Part shown: positions 37,482 to 46,428 of the stretch, piece by piece
Layout: every line of letters starts with the position of its first letter
Numbering within the stretch: the first letter of the stretch is position 1
IMG/VR virus record: IMGVR_UViG_3300022305_001387
Location: 1 to 64,000 of that record
DNA length: 64,000 bases
Reading direction: 5' to 3' (one strand)
DNA from: a virus
Lineage: Duplodnaviria > Heunggongvirae > Uroviricota > Caudoviricetes
The notes under the pieces: generated by a model
The model's input: only the letters and a program-made list of their open reading frames with translations
What the model was told of the DNA's origin: nothing
Databases searched by the model: none
Position numbers and translations under genes: made by a program

Positions 37482-37502
37482 CTAATCAAAAAATAAAAGT
37501 TT

Positions 37503-37718
37503 ATGACAATTGAATTTATCAAAGAAACAAAAGCAAATGGCGACCAATTGTATTACACTAAAGTCGATGACATGTACATTAGTTCAACACTATCGTTTAA
37601 CATAGACGAAGCAAAAGCAATGTACGATAACGTAGTAAAAAACAACGGTAAGTACGTTACTATAGAAGTATTAGAATCAGTAGAGATAGATGATGCAACT
37701 GGTGGTGAAGTATTCTAA
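37503..37718 (+). CDS. hypothetical protein (71 aa)
   Basis: After AAAAATAAAAGTTTATG. Confidence 0.5.
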   Translation: MTIEFIKETKANGDQLYYTKVDDMYISSTLSFNIDEAKAMYDNVVKNNGKYVTIEVLESVEIDDATGGEVF

Positions 37719-37721
37719 TAT

Positions 37722-37794
37722 GCCGCGTTAGAAAAATTGTTAAGTCGTCTCCCTTTCACAGAGAAGATTACGGGTTCGAGTCCCGTACGTGGTA
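37722..37794 (+). tRNA. candidate tRNA (73 nt), anticodon loop CTTTCAC (UUC, Glu?)
   Basis: Acceptor GCCGCGT/ACGTGGT (two G.U), T arm ACGGG-TTCGAGT-CCCGT, anticodon stem TCTC/GAGA; weak D stem. Confidence 0.45.
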
Positions 37795-37821
37795 CAAAGA
37801 CTTTATAAATTTATAATGTTA

Positions 37822-38100
37822 TTATTTAATTTGGCCGATATATTGAAATCCACCAACAGCAGGAGGTTTTTGAAATTTCAATCCACCATCTTTTACCAGT
37901 TTTTCTTTATTCACAAAGGCAAAAGTTTTTTCACCAAAAGCAGCAATCATTTTTACATTGCATGCTTGCATCAATCTAGATTCGCCTATTGATACAGCTT
38001 TGATAGCATCTTCTTTGGTAGAGAATTTAAAATATACTGATTGAGTTTTAACGTCTTCTGTAAGATCAAAATTAATTCCTAATATTTGAATTTTTTTCAT
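37822..38100 (-). CDS. hypothetical protein (92 aa), lone minus-strand gene in the plus-strand array
   Basis: Start taken at internal ATG (MKKIQILGINFDL...); the overlapping plus-strand track ORF 37789..37992 is low-complexity. Confidence 0.5.
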   Translation of the reverse strand: MKKIQILGINFDLTEDVKTQSVYFKFSTKEDAIKAVSIGESRLMQACNVKMIAAFGEKTFAFVNKEKLVKDGGLKFQKPPAVGGFQYIGQIK

Positions 38101-38148
38101 GAGTATCTTTATTAATAAATATAAATCAATATTAAAAAACAACAAGTT

Positions 38149-38397
38149 ATGCACAAAACAATTTCATTAGTAGCAATCGCTATTGCATTAATCGCTTTAA
38201 TCGGATGGGCAGCACAAGGCTGCGTAGACACGAAACATAAATATGAGATCGAATATGGCCACGGCAAGTGGGCTTTATCTGATTTCACAGACAGCTTCGT
38301 ATTAGACGGCAGTATCAGATACATTAACGAACACGGAGATTCCGTTCGTAGATACGGTACCTTTTCAGTGAGTAATAATAGAGACTACCGAAAATAA
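38149..38397 (+). CDS. small secreted/membrane protein
   Basis: Signal-like N-terminus ISLVAIAIALIALIGWAAQGC. Confidence 0.5.
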   Translation: MHKTISLVAIAIALIALIGWAAQGCVDTKHKYEIEYGHGKWALSDFTDSFVLDGSIRYINEHGDSVRRYGTFSVSNNRDYRK

Positions 38398-38472
38398 TAC
38401 ATGTTATGCACTTGAGAATTAATCTTTCCTCTCTTCTCTTTTTTTATTACTTTTATATATAAACAATAAGTT

Positions 38473-38718
38473 ATGGCAAAAGCAATATTAGAATTTGATC
38501 TTAATGATTCAGATGATGCAATGGCTCATATGAGAGCTGTCAAGTCTCAAGATATGGCACTTGTATTATGGGAAATGGCATATAATGTTAAAAAACGAAT
38601 ACTGAGTCAATCAGAGACAGAAAAGCTAGATGCTTATGATGCAGTTGAAAAAGTATTTGAGACGCTTTGGGAAGAGATGGGAAACCATGGTATCGTTTTA
38701 GATGATTTAATATGTTAA
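38473..38718 (+). CDS. hypothetical protein (81 aa)
   Basis: After AACAATAAGTTATG. Confidence 0.5.
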   Translation: MAKAILEFDLNDSDDAMAHMRAVKSQDMALVLWEMAYNVKKRILSQSETEKLDAYDAVEKVFETLWEEMGNHGIVLDDLIC

Positions 38719-38728
38719 ATTAATTATT

Positions 38729-39196
38729 ATGGAATATATATACAAATGCCCGAATTGTGGAGAATCTAAAAATCTTCATTTTAATTATGATTATTCAAAA
38801 CAACACAGACCTATACTAGAAGTTATGTGTAATTTTTGTGGTGAATATTTTGATGGTAATATACCCGTGTCTGAATTGATAGCTAGATATGATGAGGATA
38901 GTAGATTATCTACCTATCTAGAAAAAGAAGCCAACATATCTGATGACTTTCAAATTGGACCAGATGGTGCTTATGAGCATACAGAATGGGATAACACTTT
39001 GATGGATGGATTACATGATGAAGAATTTCCAGATTTTCAAACGAAACCAGGATTTGTTGAAAGACGAATGAAACTAGGTAAAGAAATCAATGATAGAGTT
39101 TGGGATCAAATATATGAATCATACAATGGCATATCTGATCTACATAATTTTGTAGATTGGTTAAAAGCTAATTATCTTGCACCTGAAATAATATAG
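38729..39196 (+). CDS. zinc-binding hypothetical protein
   Basis: CPNCGES...CNFCGE Cys pairs. Confidence 0.5.
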   Translation: MEYIYKCPNCGESKNLHFNYDYSKQHRPILEVMCNFCGEYFDGNIPVSELIARYDEDSRLSTYLEKEANISDDFQIGPDGAYEHTEWDNTLMDGLHDEEFPDFQTKPGFVERRMKLGKEINDRVWDQIYESYNGISDLHNFVDWLKANYLAPEII

Positions 39197-39198
39197 TT

Positions 39199-39771
39199 AT
39201 GAAAATAGACAGAAAAGAATTAAAGTGGTTTTTAGATAATATCAGACGTAAAGCGGAAAGAGACAATGAAGAAGTTACTGATGAAATGCTTGCAGATAAG
39301 TTAGCACATTATATGGAAGTTAATCCAGGTTGTATTGATATGAATGAGAGCAATCGTTCAGGCCGATATTATTATTCTACTGTCGGATATGGTGTGTTTA
39401 GTTTGCTTGGCGAAAGATATAGAATGGGTAGAGTTGAAGTATTTGATAAACAAAATGATAGCGGTTATCAGGTAGATGAGGGTGTGTATTGTATGCCATT
39501 TGAAGCGGCAAACCAATTTGAGCAGTTCATAGAGACTATAGAAACTGACTTACCAATCAATATAGAGATGGGAACTATGGCTCAATGTCGTGCGGCGGTT
39601 GCTGAAGAACTTGGAATACCTGAAGATAAGTTAAATGATTCAGATACTAAGAAAGCATATTATAGTAAAAAGAATGATGAAGAGGCTCAGAAACTTGGAT
39701 ATAAAGATTTCGATGATCAACTTGCTAATAGTAGTTTAGGCGACTTAAGATTAAATAAAAAACAAGATTAA
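39199..39771 (+). CDS. hypothetical protein (190 aa)
   Basis: ORF in track. Confidence 0.5.
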   Translation: MKIDRKELKWFLDNIRRKAERDNEEVTDEMLADKLAHYMEVNPGCIDMNESNRSGRYYYSTVGYGVFSLLGERYRMGRVEVFDKQNDSGYQVDEGVYCMPFEAANQFEQFIETIETDLPINIEMGTMAQCRAAVAEELGIPEDKLNDSDTKKAYYSKKNDEEAQKLGYKDFDDQLANSSLGDLRLNKKQD

Positions 39772-39779
39772 TATAAATT

Positions 39780-39968
39780 ATGGAACAGACACAAAATTAT
39801 GATAATGTAATTACCGAGGTATTTGAAGCTAAATTTCTTGGTGAGTTAAGAACTTCTATGCGAGAGTTTTTAGAGAAATGGGCTGAACTGCCACACAGCG
39901 GATCTGTTGGCTCACCGAAGTATATTGATGGAATATGGCAAGTAGAGGCTAAAAGATTTTTAAAATAA
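39780..39968 (+). CDS. hypothetical protein (62 aa)
   Basis: ORF in track. Confidence 0.45.
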   Translation: MEQTQNYDNVITEVFEAKFLGELRTSMREFLEKWAELPHSGSVGSPKYIDGIWQVEAKRFLK

Positions 39969-39982
39969 TATAATAAAAGGTT

Positions 39983-40585
39983 ATGAATAAAAAAGAACAA
40001 GAGTTTGTCGACTTCATAAAACGACAATGTAAGATATATGGTGTTAAACTAATAATGAAAGATAAAAAACACTTGACTCTTACCGGTAATATAAAATGCT
40101 CAGGTTATTTTGATGATGGAGATGATATGAAACCAATATTAGCAGTAGCTACTAATAGAAAAGATTGGATAGAAATACTAGCTCATGAATATTGTCACTT
40201 GACGCAATGGGTTGCAAAGATAAATTTATGGGATAAAGCTGGTACCAGTTTATCATATGTAGATTCTTGGTTGTCAGGTAAAAAAGTTAGAAACATAAAG
40301 TATCATTTAGGTATTGCTAGAGATTTGGAATTAGATAACGAGAGACGTACTGCTAAGTTATTAAAAGCTTGGGATTTGGGAATAGACATAGAGCATTACA
40401 TTAGGAAAGCAAACGCATACGTACAATTCTACAACTATATGTATAAAACAAGAAAATGGTGTAGTCCTAAAAATTCTCCTTATACTAATGAGCGCCTTAT
40501 TGCACAGATGTCGAAGAGGTTCAATATGAGATATAAGAAAATGAGTAAACGAGTAGAAAAAATATTTACACAAGAAAAAATTTAA
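39983..40585 (+). CDS. putative HExxH metallopeptidase-like protein (ImmA/IrrE-like motif)
   Basis: EILAHEYCHLTQW; second HEY.H protein in the window (cf. 3479). Confidence 0.4.
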   Translation: MNKKEQEFVDFIKRQCKIYGVKLIMKDKKHLTLTGNIKCSGYFDDGDDMKPILAVATNRKDWIEILAHEYCHLTQWVAKINLWDKAGTSLSYVDSWLSGKKVRNIKYHLGIARDLELDNERRTAKLLKAWDLGIDIEHYIRKANAYVQFYNYMYKTRKWCSPKNSPYTNERLIAQMSKRFNMRYKKMSKRVEKIFTQEKI

Positions 40586-40596
40586 ATTAATATATT

Positions 40597-40773
40597 ATGG
40601 TAGAACAAGCATATCTAATCAAACCACCTAAACATGCAACAAGGGGCAGAAGAAAAGACAAATCATTATATCAAGAAGAGATTGAAAAAGCTCTTTGGAC
40701 TTTAGGTAAAAACTTTTTGCAGCTCACTAAAGAAGAAGAAGAAATAATTTTAAATCTAGCTAAAAGATTCTAA
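40597..40773 (+). CDS. small basic protein (58 aa)
   Basis: Fills the gap; KHATRGRRKDK. Confidence 0.3.
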   Translation: MVEQAYLIKPPKHATRGRRKDKSLYQEEIEKALWTLGKNFLQLTKEEEEIILNLAKRF

Positions 40774-40774
40774 T

Positions 40775-40999
40775 ATGTATGTAAAAGATAAGTATAGGTT
40801 AAATCCTCTTTCATTACAACCGGGCGGACACACCGTTCATGTAGTATTTGAAGACGGTTTCGAACAGATATATGATAAGGTGAAATATCCAAAACCTTAT
40901 ATAAAAAAAATATCTAAAGAAAGTCGTAGAAAAATAGCAAAAGTATATGTGGATAATGATCCAATGTTAGATTTTGCCAAGTATATAACTAATAATTAA
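40775..40999 (+). CDS. hypothetical protein (74 aa)
   Basis: ORF in track. Confidence 0.45.
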   Translation: MYVKDKYRLNPLSLQPGGHTVHVVFEDGFEQIYDKVKYPKPYIKKISKESRRKIAKVYVDNDPMLDFAKYITNN

Positions 41000-41103
41000 T
41001 TAGACAAAAATCCTCTCTTTTTTTATACCTCAGCATATTTATTATAGATAGTCCAAGTAAGAAATAGGTTTAAGTGTAAGGTTGTCCGACAACTCACTAG
41101 ACT

Positions 41104-41688
41104 ATGAAAACTTTACTAACTATTGTATTAGTGTTTTTGTTTTCTTTGACAAAGGCACAAAATCCGGATACAGTTCAATACAATGCTACTAATCTATCTA
41201 TATATCAAGTAGCAAATACTCCCGGAGTAGTTTACACATGGACCATTGCCTACCCAGGAATTATCCTTAGTGGACAAGGCACTAACACAATCACGGTCGA
41301 TTGGGGATTAACGAATCCCGGATACATTATAAATGCAGTTTCAGTGTTTGCGACAAATCAATCTAGTTGCAAAAGTCCAATTTCTTTTTTGGACATTTTC
41401 GTACCAATACCGTTATCTTCTATTTTTTTTCCAAACAGTTTTACTCCAAATGGTGATGGATTGAACGATGGGTGGTCTCCAATCACTTTCAATATAGTCA
41501 AAATCAAGTGGCAAGTTTACAACAGATGGGGTGAGTTAGTCTATCAGTGTAGCGATATAGGAAAAAAATGGAATGGAGAATACAAAAATGAGAAACAGCC
41601 AATAAGCAATTTTGTTTTTCAGTGTTGGTGGAAAGGGGTTGATGGTAAAACTGGATTTCAAAAAGGAAACCTAATATTAATCCGATGA
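41104..41688 (+). CDS. secreted protein with T9SS type-B (gliding-motility-associated) C-terminal sorting domain
   Basis: Signal peptide; C-terminal FFPNSFTPNGDGLNDGW...VYNRWGELVY...WNG...GNLILIR matches the T9SS type-B CTD consensus. Confidence 0.75.
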   Translation: MKTLLTIVLVFLFSLTKAQNPDTVQYNATNLSIYQVANTPGVVYTWTIAYPGIILSGQGTNTITVDWGLTNPGYIINAVSVFATNQSSCKSPISFLDIFVPIPLSSIFFPNSFTPNGDGLNDGWSPITFNIVKIKWQVYNRWGELVYQCSDIGKKWNGEYKNEKQPISNFVFQCWWKGVDGKTGFQKGNLILIR

Positions 41689-41903
41689 AAAAATATAAAA
41701 AATATACTGTAAGAATAATAATATTATTGGTTTTATTTTTATTAGCTATTTTATTAAATTCTTGCAATAAGTATTATTCGCCAGAAAAATATGCTAATCC
41801 AAGACATAAGTATATCATTCGTACGACTAAAGGAGAACGTCAAATGACAAGGCTATTAAGACAGTATACTTTTCATGATAGAAGATATGGTTGTGGTTAT
41901 TAA
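41685..41903 (+). CDS. putative lipoprotein (72 aa)
   Basis: LLAILLNSC lipobox-like signal. Confidence 0.45.
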   Translation: MKKYKKYTVRIIILLVLFLLAILLNSCNKYYSPEKYANPRHKYIIRTTKGERQMTRLLRQYTFHDRRYGCGY

Positions 41904-41912
41904 AAATAATTA

Positions 41913-43289
41913 ATGAGAAATATACTTATTACGATATTATCATTTATTCTTTATTTCGCAGGATATTCTCAATGCGGCAATACAGATTTCGAATTGGGTA
42001 ACTTTACTGGATGGAGCGCTCGATTGGGTTCGTGTTGTCCAATAAATTTACCGACAGCGGGATTTGGCAATGGCAGACAAACAATAATGACTCAAGGAAT
42101 TGATCCACACTCTTGCGGAGGACTCCGTACAGTTTACGCGGGTACATATTCAGCAAGACTTGGTAATGATAGAGTTGGCGCACAGGCAGAATCTCTATCT
42201 TATGCTTTGCAAATAACCTCGGCAAATACAATAATAAGATACGCGTATGCAGTAGTATTTCAAGATCCAGGACATGCTACCGCAGATCAACCACGATTTC
42301 AATCTCGTGTTAGATTAGCAAACGGTACAGTAATTCCATGTACGAATTATACTGTCACCGCTGCATCAAATTTACAAGGATTTCAATATTGTCCGCCACC
42401 ACCTCCAGATACGGCAAAAGTTGCGTGGAAAGATTGGACAGAAGTTGCATTAGATCTATCAGCATATGTAGGACAAACTGTGACATTAGAATTTGAAACT
42501 GGAGATTGTAACTTAGGCGGACACTATGGCTACGCATATATTGATGCTGTTCAGTGTGGACAAGTCGATACACATATACCCTATTGCGAAGGAGATACTA
42601 GTTTAACAATAAATGGCATGGGTGGATTTGCAAGTTACCATTGGGAAACAGGAGATACAACACAAAATATAACAATAAATCCACAACTATATGATACTAT
42701 TAGCTGTGTTGTTACTACAGTTTTAGGTTGTCAATTAACACTGTATTATGTATTAGATGTAGCTCCAGGTCATCCTAATTTTATGTATGTTGTTAATTGT
42801 AATGGCTTGGTTCAATTTACAAATATGAGTGTAGCGAATTATACTCCTATAAATTATCTTTGGACGTTTGACGATGGCACTACATCAACCGATGTTAATC
42901 CTGTTCATAGTTTTATATCTGGTAATCATAATGTAAATCTATCGATCTCTTCAAATTTAGGATGCGGTAAAGATACAACTATACAAATATCTGTTCCGCC
43001 TATTCTAAGTCCTAGTTTTTTAGTAAATCCAGTTTGTTTAGGAGAAACATCAATATTCAATAATACTACTCCTCAATCACCAAATTATTATATATCTTAT
43101 TTATGGGATTTTGGTGATGGTGGACAATCAATATTACAGAATCCTAGTCATATGTATTTGACTGCAAATATATTTAATGTAAGTTTAACTGCTATATCTA
43201 ATTCCTCTCCTCCATGTAGTTCAACTTATTTCGGTCAAGCTATAGTTAACGCCGTTCCAATAAGTTTAGGTCCCATCAATCACAACTAG
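41913..43289 (+). CDS. secreted PKD-repeat protein (458 aa)
   Basis: Signal peptide; WTFDDGTTSTDVNPVHSF and WDFGDGGQSILQNPSHMY PKD signatures; no C-terminal sorting domain. Confidence 0.7.
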   Translation: MRNILITILSFILYFAGYSQCGNTDFELGNFTGWSARLGSCCPINLPTAGFGNGRQTIMTQGIDPHSCGGLRTVYAGTYSARLGNDRVGAQAESLSYALQITSANTIIRYAYAVVFQDPGHATADQPRFQSRVRLANGTVIPCTNYTVTAASNLQGFQYCPPPPPDTAKVAWKDWTEVALDLSAYVGQTVTLEFETGDCNLGGHYGYAYIDAVQCGQVDTHIPYCEGDTSLTINGMGGFASYHWETGDTTQNITINPQLYDTISCVVTTVLGCQLTLYYVLDVAPGHPNFMYVVNCNGLVQFTNMSVANYTPINYLWTFDDGTTSTDVNPVHSFISGNHNVNLSISSNLGCGKDTTIQISVPPILSPSFLVNPVCLGETSIFNNTTPQSPNYYISYLWDFGDGGQSILQNPSHMYLTANIFNVSLTAISNSSPPCSSTYFGQAIVNAVPISLGPINHN

Positions 43290-43347
43290 AGTTTCGTACT
43301 CAATTAAGGATTAATTGTTAGTTTCATAACTTAAAAAATTAATCAAT

Positions 43348-44346
43348 ATGAAGTACATTCTATGCCTTTTTCTTTTATTGAATTTCTCAGTTCAAAGTAA
43401 ATCACAATGCATTGATATTTACGGAAGACAATCAGATTGCCCAACTGCTGATGATTCTCTTGTCGTATATAACAACGCTTTAAAAGTGTATGAATTTTAT
43501 GAAAAGAATCCAGATTATGTCAAGTTGAAATCTGTAAAACTTAAAACCAGACAAGAGGTTATAAATTGTTTTTACTCATTACAAGATGCTGTAGACACAT
43601 TTAATATAAGATGGCAGTTAAGGGAGCGCGTATTAAAAGGCGAATTTATACCCAGTGTTTTACTTCCAAGAGACGGTAAAAATATTGCATTAAGCGAATA
43701 TTATCAATACTTAGATGCTTATCGTTTCTATCAAAGAGAATTAGAGAACGGCATATTAAATATTAATTCTCCATTTCCTATATATGATATTAGAATTTCT
43801 CCATTAGTGGTGAATTCTTATGAAAATAGATTTGGAAGAGACGGATTTAACGGAGATTTCGTGAATGTGGCATTGTATATCCCTGTAACAGTTAAGCCAT
43901 ATAAACTATTAACCGAAGAAGAAAAAGTAATTAGAGAGCAAATACTGAAAGGTGTAATTCCAAAAAAAATAGTGCCTAAAACTAATAAGGTAATTACGCC
44001 TACTCCTCCGCCAAAATCTGAAATAAAAGAGATTATTAAAGACACCACTCCTCTACCGAGTGCAAATATAGAAATTATTTTGCCTTCTGTACAAAAACAA
44101 GTGAAAATGAAAACTAATAAGATTCCAAATGGTGCAATACCTTTTTATATTCGTAACGGCTCTGGTGGTGGTTGTCTTATAGGCTATATGATAGGTAGAA
44201 AATTTAGAAAGTATTTACCGACAGATGAATTCTATAATGAAGCAGTACCAACTATAGTTAAAGAATTTTTAAACAATGATATACAATTAGACAAATATCT
44301 TAGAATACAATTTGGAGCATACTACAATGGGTTTTATGAAGATTAA
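43348..44346 (+). CDS. secreted hypothetical protein (332 aa)
   Basis: Signal peptide MKYILCLFLLLNFSVQSKSQ. Confidence 0.55.
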   Translation: MKYILCLFLLLNFSVQSKSQCIDIYGRQSDCPTADDSLVVYNNALKVYEFYEKNPDYVKLKSVKLKTRQEVINCFYSLQDAVDTFNIRWQLRERVLKGEFIPSVLLPRDGKNIALSEYYQYLDAYRFYQRELENGILNINSPFPIYDIRISPLVVNSYENRFGRDGFNGDFVNVALYIPVTVKPYKLLTEEEKVIREQILKGVIPKKIVPKTNKVITPTPPPKSEIKEIIKDTTPLPSANIEIILPSVQKQVKMKTNKIPNGAIPFYIRNGSGGGCLIGYMIGRKFRKYLPTDEFYNEAVPTIVKEFLNNDIQLDKYLRIQFGAYYNGFYED

Positions 44347-44366
44347 CATTTAAAAAAACAAAAAAT

Positions 44367-45713
44367 ATGAAAAACCTGTTAACACTTATTGCGTTATTCG
44401 CAATATCGCTTGGACAAATTCAAGCTCAAAAACTTAGAAATTTAGGATCAAAAGTAAATTCTGTAAAACACGAAATTAGACCAATTATCTCTAAAGATGG
44501 CGGTGTAATGTTTTTTACCGTAGACGGTGGACCAGCAAACAGAAAAGGGCAAGACATTTGGATGTCTGTGAAAAGTGTAGATAGCGGATGGAGAAAAGCT
44601 GAAAGATTGCCAGATTATATCAATAGCCAAAAATATAATGGCGTTTATTGGTGCTCTGCTGATGGTAGAAAATTACTGTTAAGAGGAGAATACGATTTAA
44701 AAAAAACTCGTGGATTTTCATTTACAGAAAGAGTGGATGGTCGATGGACTACTCCTTCACCAATAAAAATAATCAACTATTCAAATATATCTCGTGGAAT
44801 ATTCACTGGAGCCACGCTATCATCGGACGAAAAAGTGATGATACTGTATTTCTGTGAGGAAACAAATGGAGATAACAATGATTTATTTATTAGTTTTTTA
44901 AACGATATAACTAATGAATATTCTTCTCCTATTAAATTAATCATTAGTAAAGAAGAAGAAGACGAGATTAGTCCATATATTTCACCTGATGATAAAACGC
45001 TTTTCTTTTCCTCAGATAAAAAAGGTGGATTGGGTAGCTATGATATTTGGATGTGTAAAAGACAAGATTCAACATGGATGAATTGGTCTGATCCTATGAA
45101 TATTGGAGCTCCATTTAATTCCAAAAAATGGGATGCTTATTTCTCAATAGGAGATAACGGAACTATGGGATATGTTGCTACAAATTGGGTACACAGTTTA
45201 CCAAGCGGATGCGGTGGAGCAGACATAGCCAGCGATACACTGCCTGATTATCTAAAGCCAGAATATCCAAAAGTAATAGAACCTATTCATGATACTATTT
45301 ACATTCATGATACAATTAGTTTTACAGTTCCTTGTAGTCCTTTCGATACTATGACAACAGAGAAATTACGTGAGCAATTAACTAGAAGCAGAGTATTATT
45401 TGATTTTGGAAGATCAGATTTAAGAAGCGATGCATATTACGCACTAGATGTGACTATAGAAATAATGAAAAGAAATCCAAATATTAAAATAGAAGTAGGC
45501 GGAAACACAGACGCAATTGGTATCAGTACAAGAAATCAAAAGCAATCTGATGAGCGAGCTCAATCTGTTAAAAGCTATTTAATATCTAAAGGAATAGATC
45601 CATCAAGAATAGTTGCTAAAGGATATTCAAATACAAGACCTGTTGGAAGTAATAAAACAGATGAAGGTCGCCAATTGAATAGACGCGTAGACATAATAGT
45701 GACTCAAGAATAA
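44367..45713 (+). CDS. OmpA-family protein with N-terminal repeat domain
   Basis: Signal peptide; C-terminal OmpA-like ..IEVGGNTDAIG....NQKQSDERAQSVKSYLISKGIDPSRIVAKGYSNTRPVGSNKTDEGRQLNRRVDIIVTQ. Confidence 0.8.
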   Translation: MKNLLTLIALFAISLGQIQAQKLRNLGSKVNSVKHEIRPIISKDGGVMFFTVDGGPANRKGQDIWMSVKSVDSGWRKAERLPDYINSQKYNGVYWCSADGRKLLLRGEYDLKKTRGFSFTERVDGRWTTPSPIKIINYSNISRGIFTGATLSSDEKVMILYFCEETNGDNNDLFISFLNDITNEYSSPIKLIISKEEEDEISPYISPDDKTLFFSSDKKGGLGSYDIWMCKRQDSTWMNWSDPMNIGAPFNSKKWDAYFSIGDNGTMGYVATNWVHSLPSGCGGADIASDTLPDYLKPEYPKVIEPIHDTIYIHDTISFTVPCSPFDTMTTEKLREQLTRSRVLFDFGRSDLRSDAYYALDVTIEIMKRNPNIKIEVGGNTDAIGISTRNQKQSDERAQSVKSYLISKGIDPSRIVAKGYSNTRPVGSNKTDEGRQLNRRVDIIVTQE

Positions 45714-45731
45714 TTTTAATTAATATATCCT

Positions 45732-46355
45732 ATGAAACTTATACTCTCAATAATCGCCTTTTTATTTGCGTCTTATGCTAATGCTAGTGTTGATACAAGT
45801 AGAGAGGCGCTTATTAGAGTGTTTAAAAAAGAAAAGGAGTTAGAGCTATGGATAAAAAGCGGAAACAAATTTACTTTATACAAAAAATACAAGGTATGCA
45901 AATTAAGTGGAAAATTTGGACCAAAAAGGGAAGAAGGCGATCTTCAAGTTCCCGAGGGAGTTTATGAAGTAAATATATTAAATCCACATAGTAATTATAA
46001 AAAATCCATAGGCATTAATTATCCAAACAAATCTGATAGTATCTTAAGCCAATATGCACATAAAGGAGGATTAATATTCATTCATGGTAATTGCGTATCT
46101 GTAGGATGCATAGCAATAGGAGATCAAAATATAGAAGAGCTATACAAATTAGTTTCTAAGTGCAATAAAACCTATGTGCATATATTTCCAGCAAAATTTG
46201 ATGAATCGAGTGATTATATTGAAAAAAATCTAGTAGAAAAACCTGAATTGACTGAATTCGAATTAGACTTATATCAAGTGTACTTGTATTTTAATCAGCT
46301 TAAAATCCTACCGAAAATTGAAATATCTGATGAGGGCAGATATATCATAGAATAA
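45732..46355 (+). CDS. L,D-transpeptidase (YkuD)-like secreted protein
   Basis: Signal peptide; IFIHGNCVSVGCIAIG resembles the YkuD catalytic H...SxGC motif. Confidence 0.5.
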   Translation: MKLILSIIAFLFASYANASVDTSREALIRVFKKEKELELWIKSGNKFTLYKKYKVCKLSGKFGPKREEGDLQVPEGVYEVNILNPHSNYKKSIGINYPNKSDSILSQYAHKGGLIFIHGNCVSVGCIAIGDQNIEELYKLVSKCNKTYVHIFPAKFDESSDYIEKNLVEKPELTEFELDLYQVYLYFNQLKILPKIEISDEGRYIIE

Positions 46356-46428
46356 TCTTCTACTTTAAAATTATATTGAATTTAAATCACGATATTTATT
46401 ACTTTACTGGTAATAAATTTATATTTTC

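Noticed and set aside
37328-37513. 61-aa track ORF between the tRNA-like genes
   Set aside because: It overlaps two tRNA-like genes and the structured spacer, and lacks the conserved start context; more likely non-coding.
37789-37992. Plus-strand 67-aa ORF
   Set aside because: Low-complexity; the opposite-strand ORF (37822..38100) gives a protein-like sequence with a sensible start.
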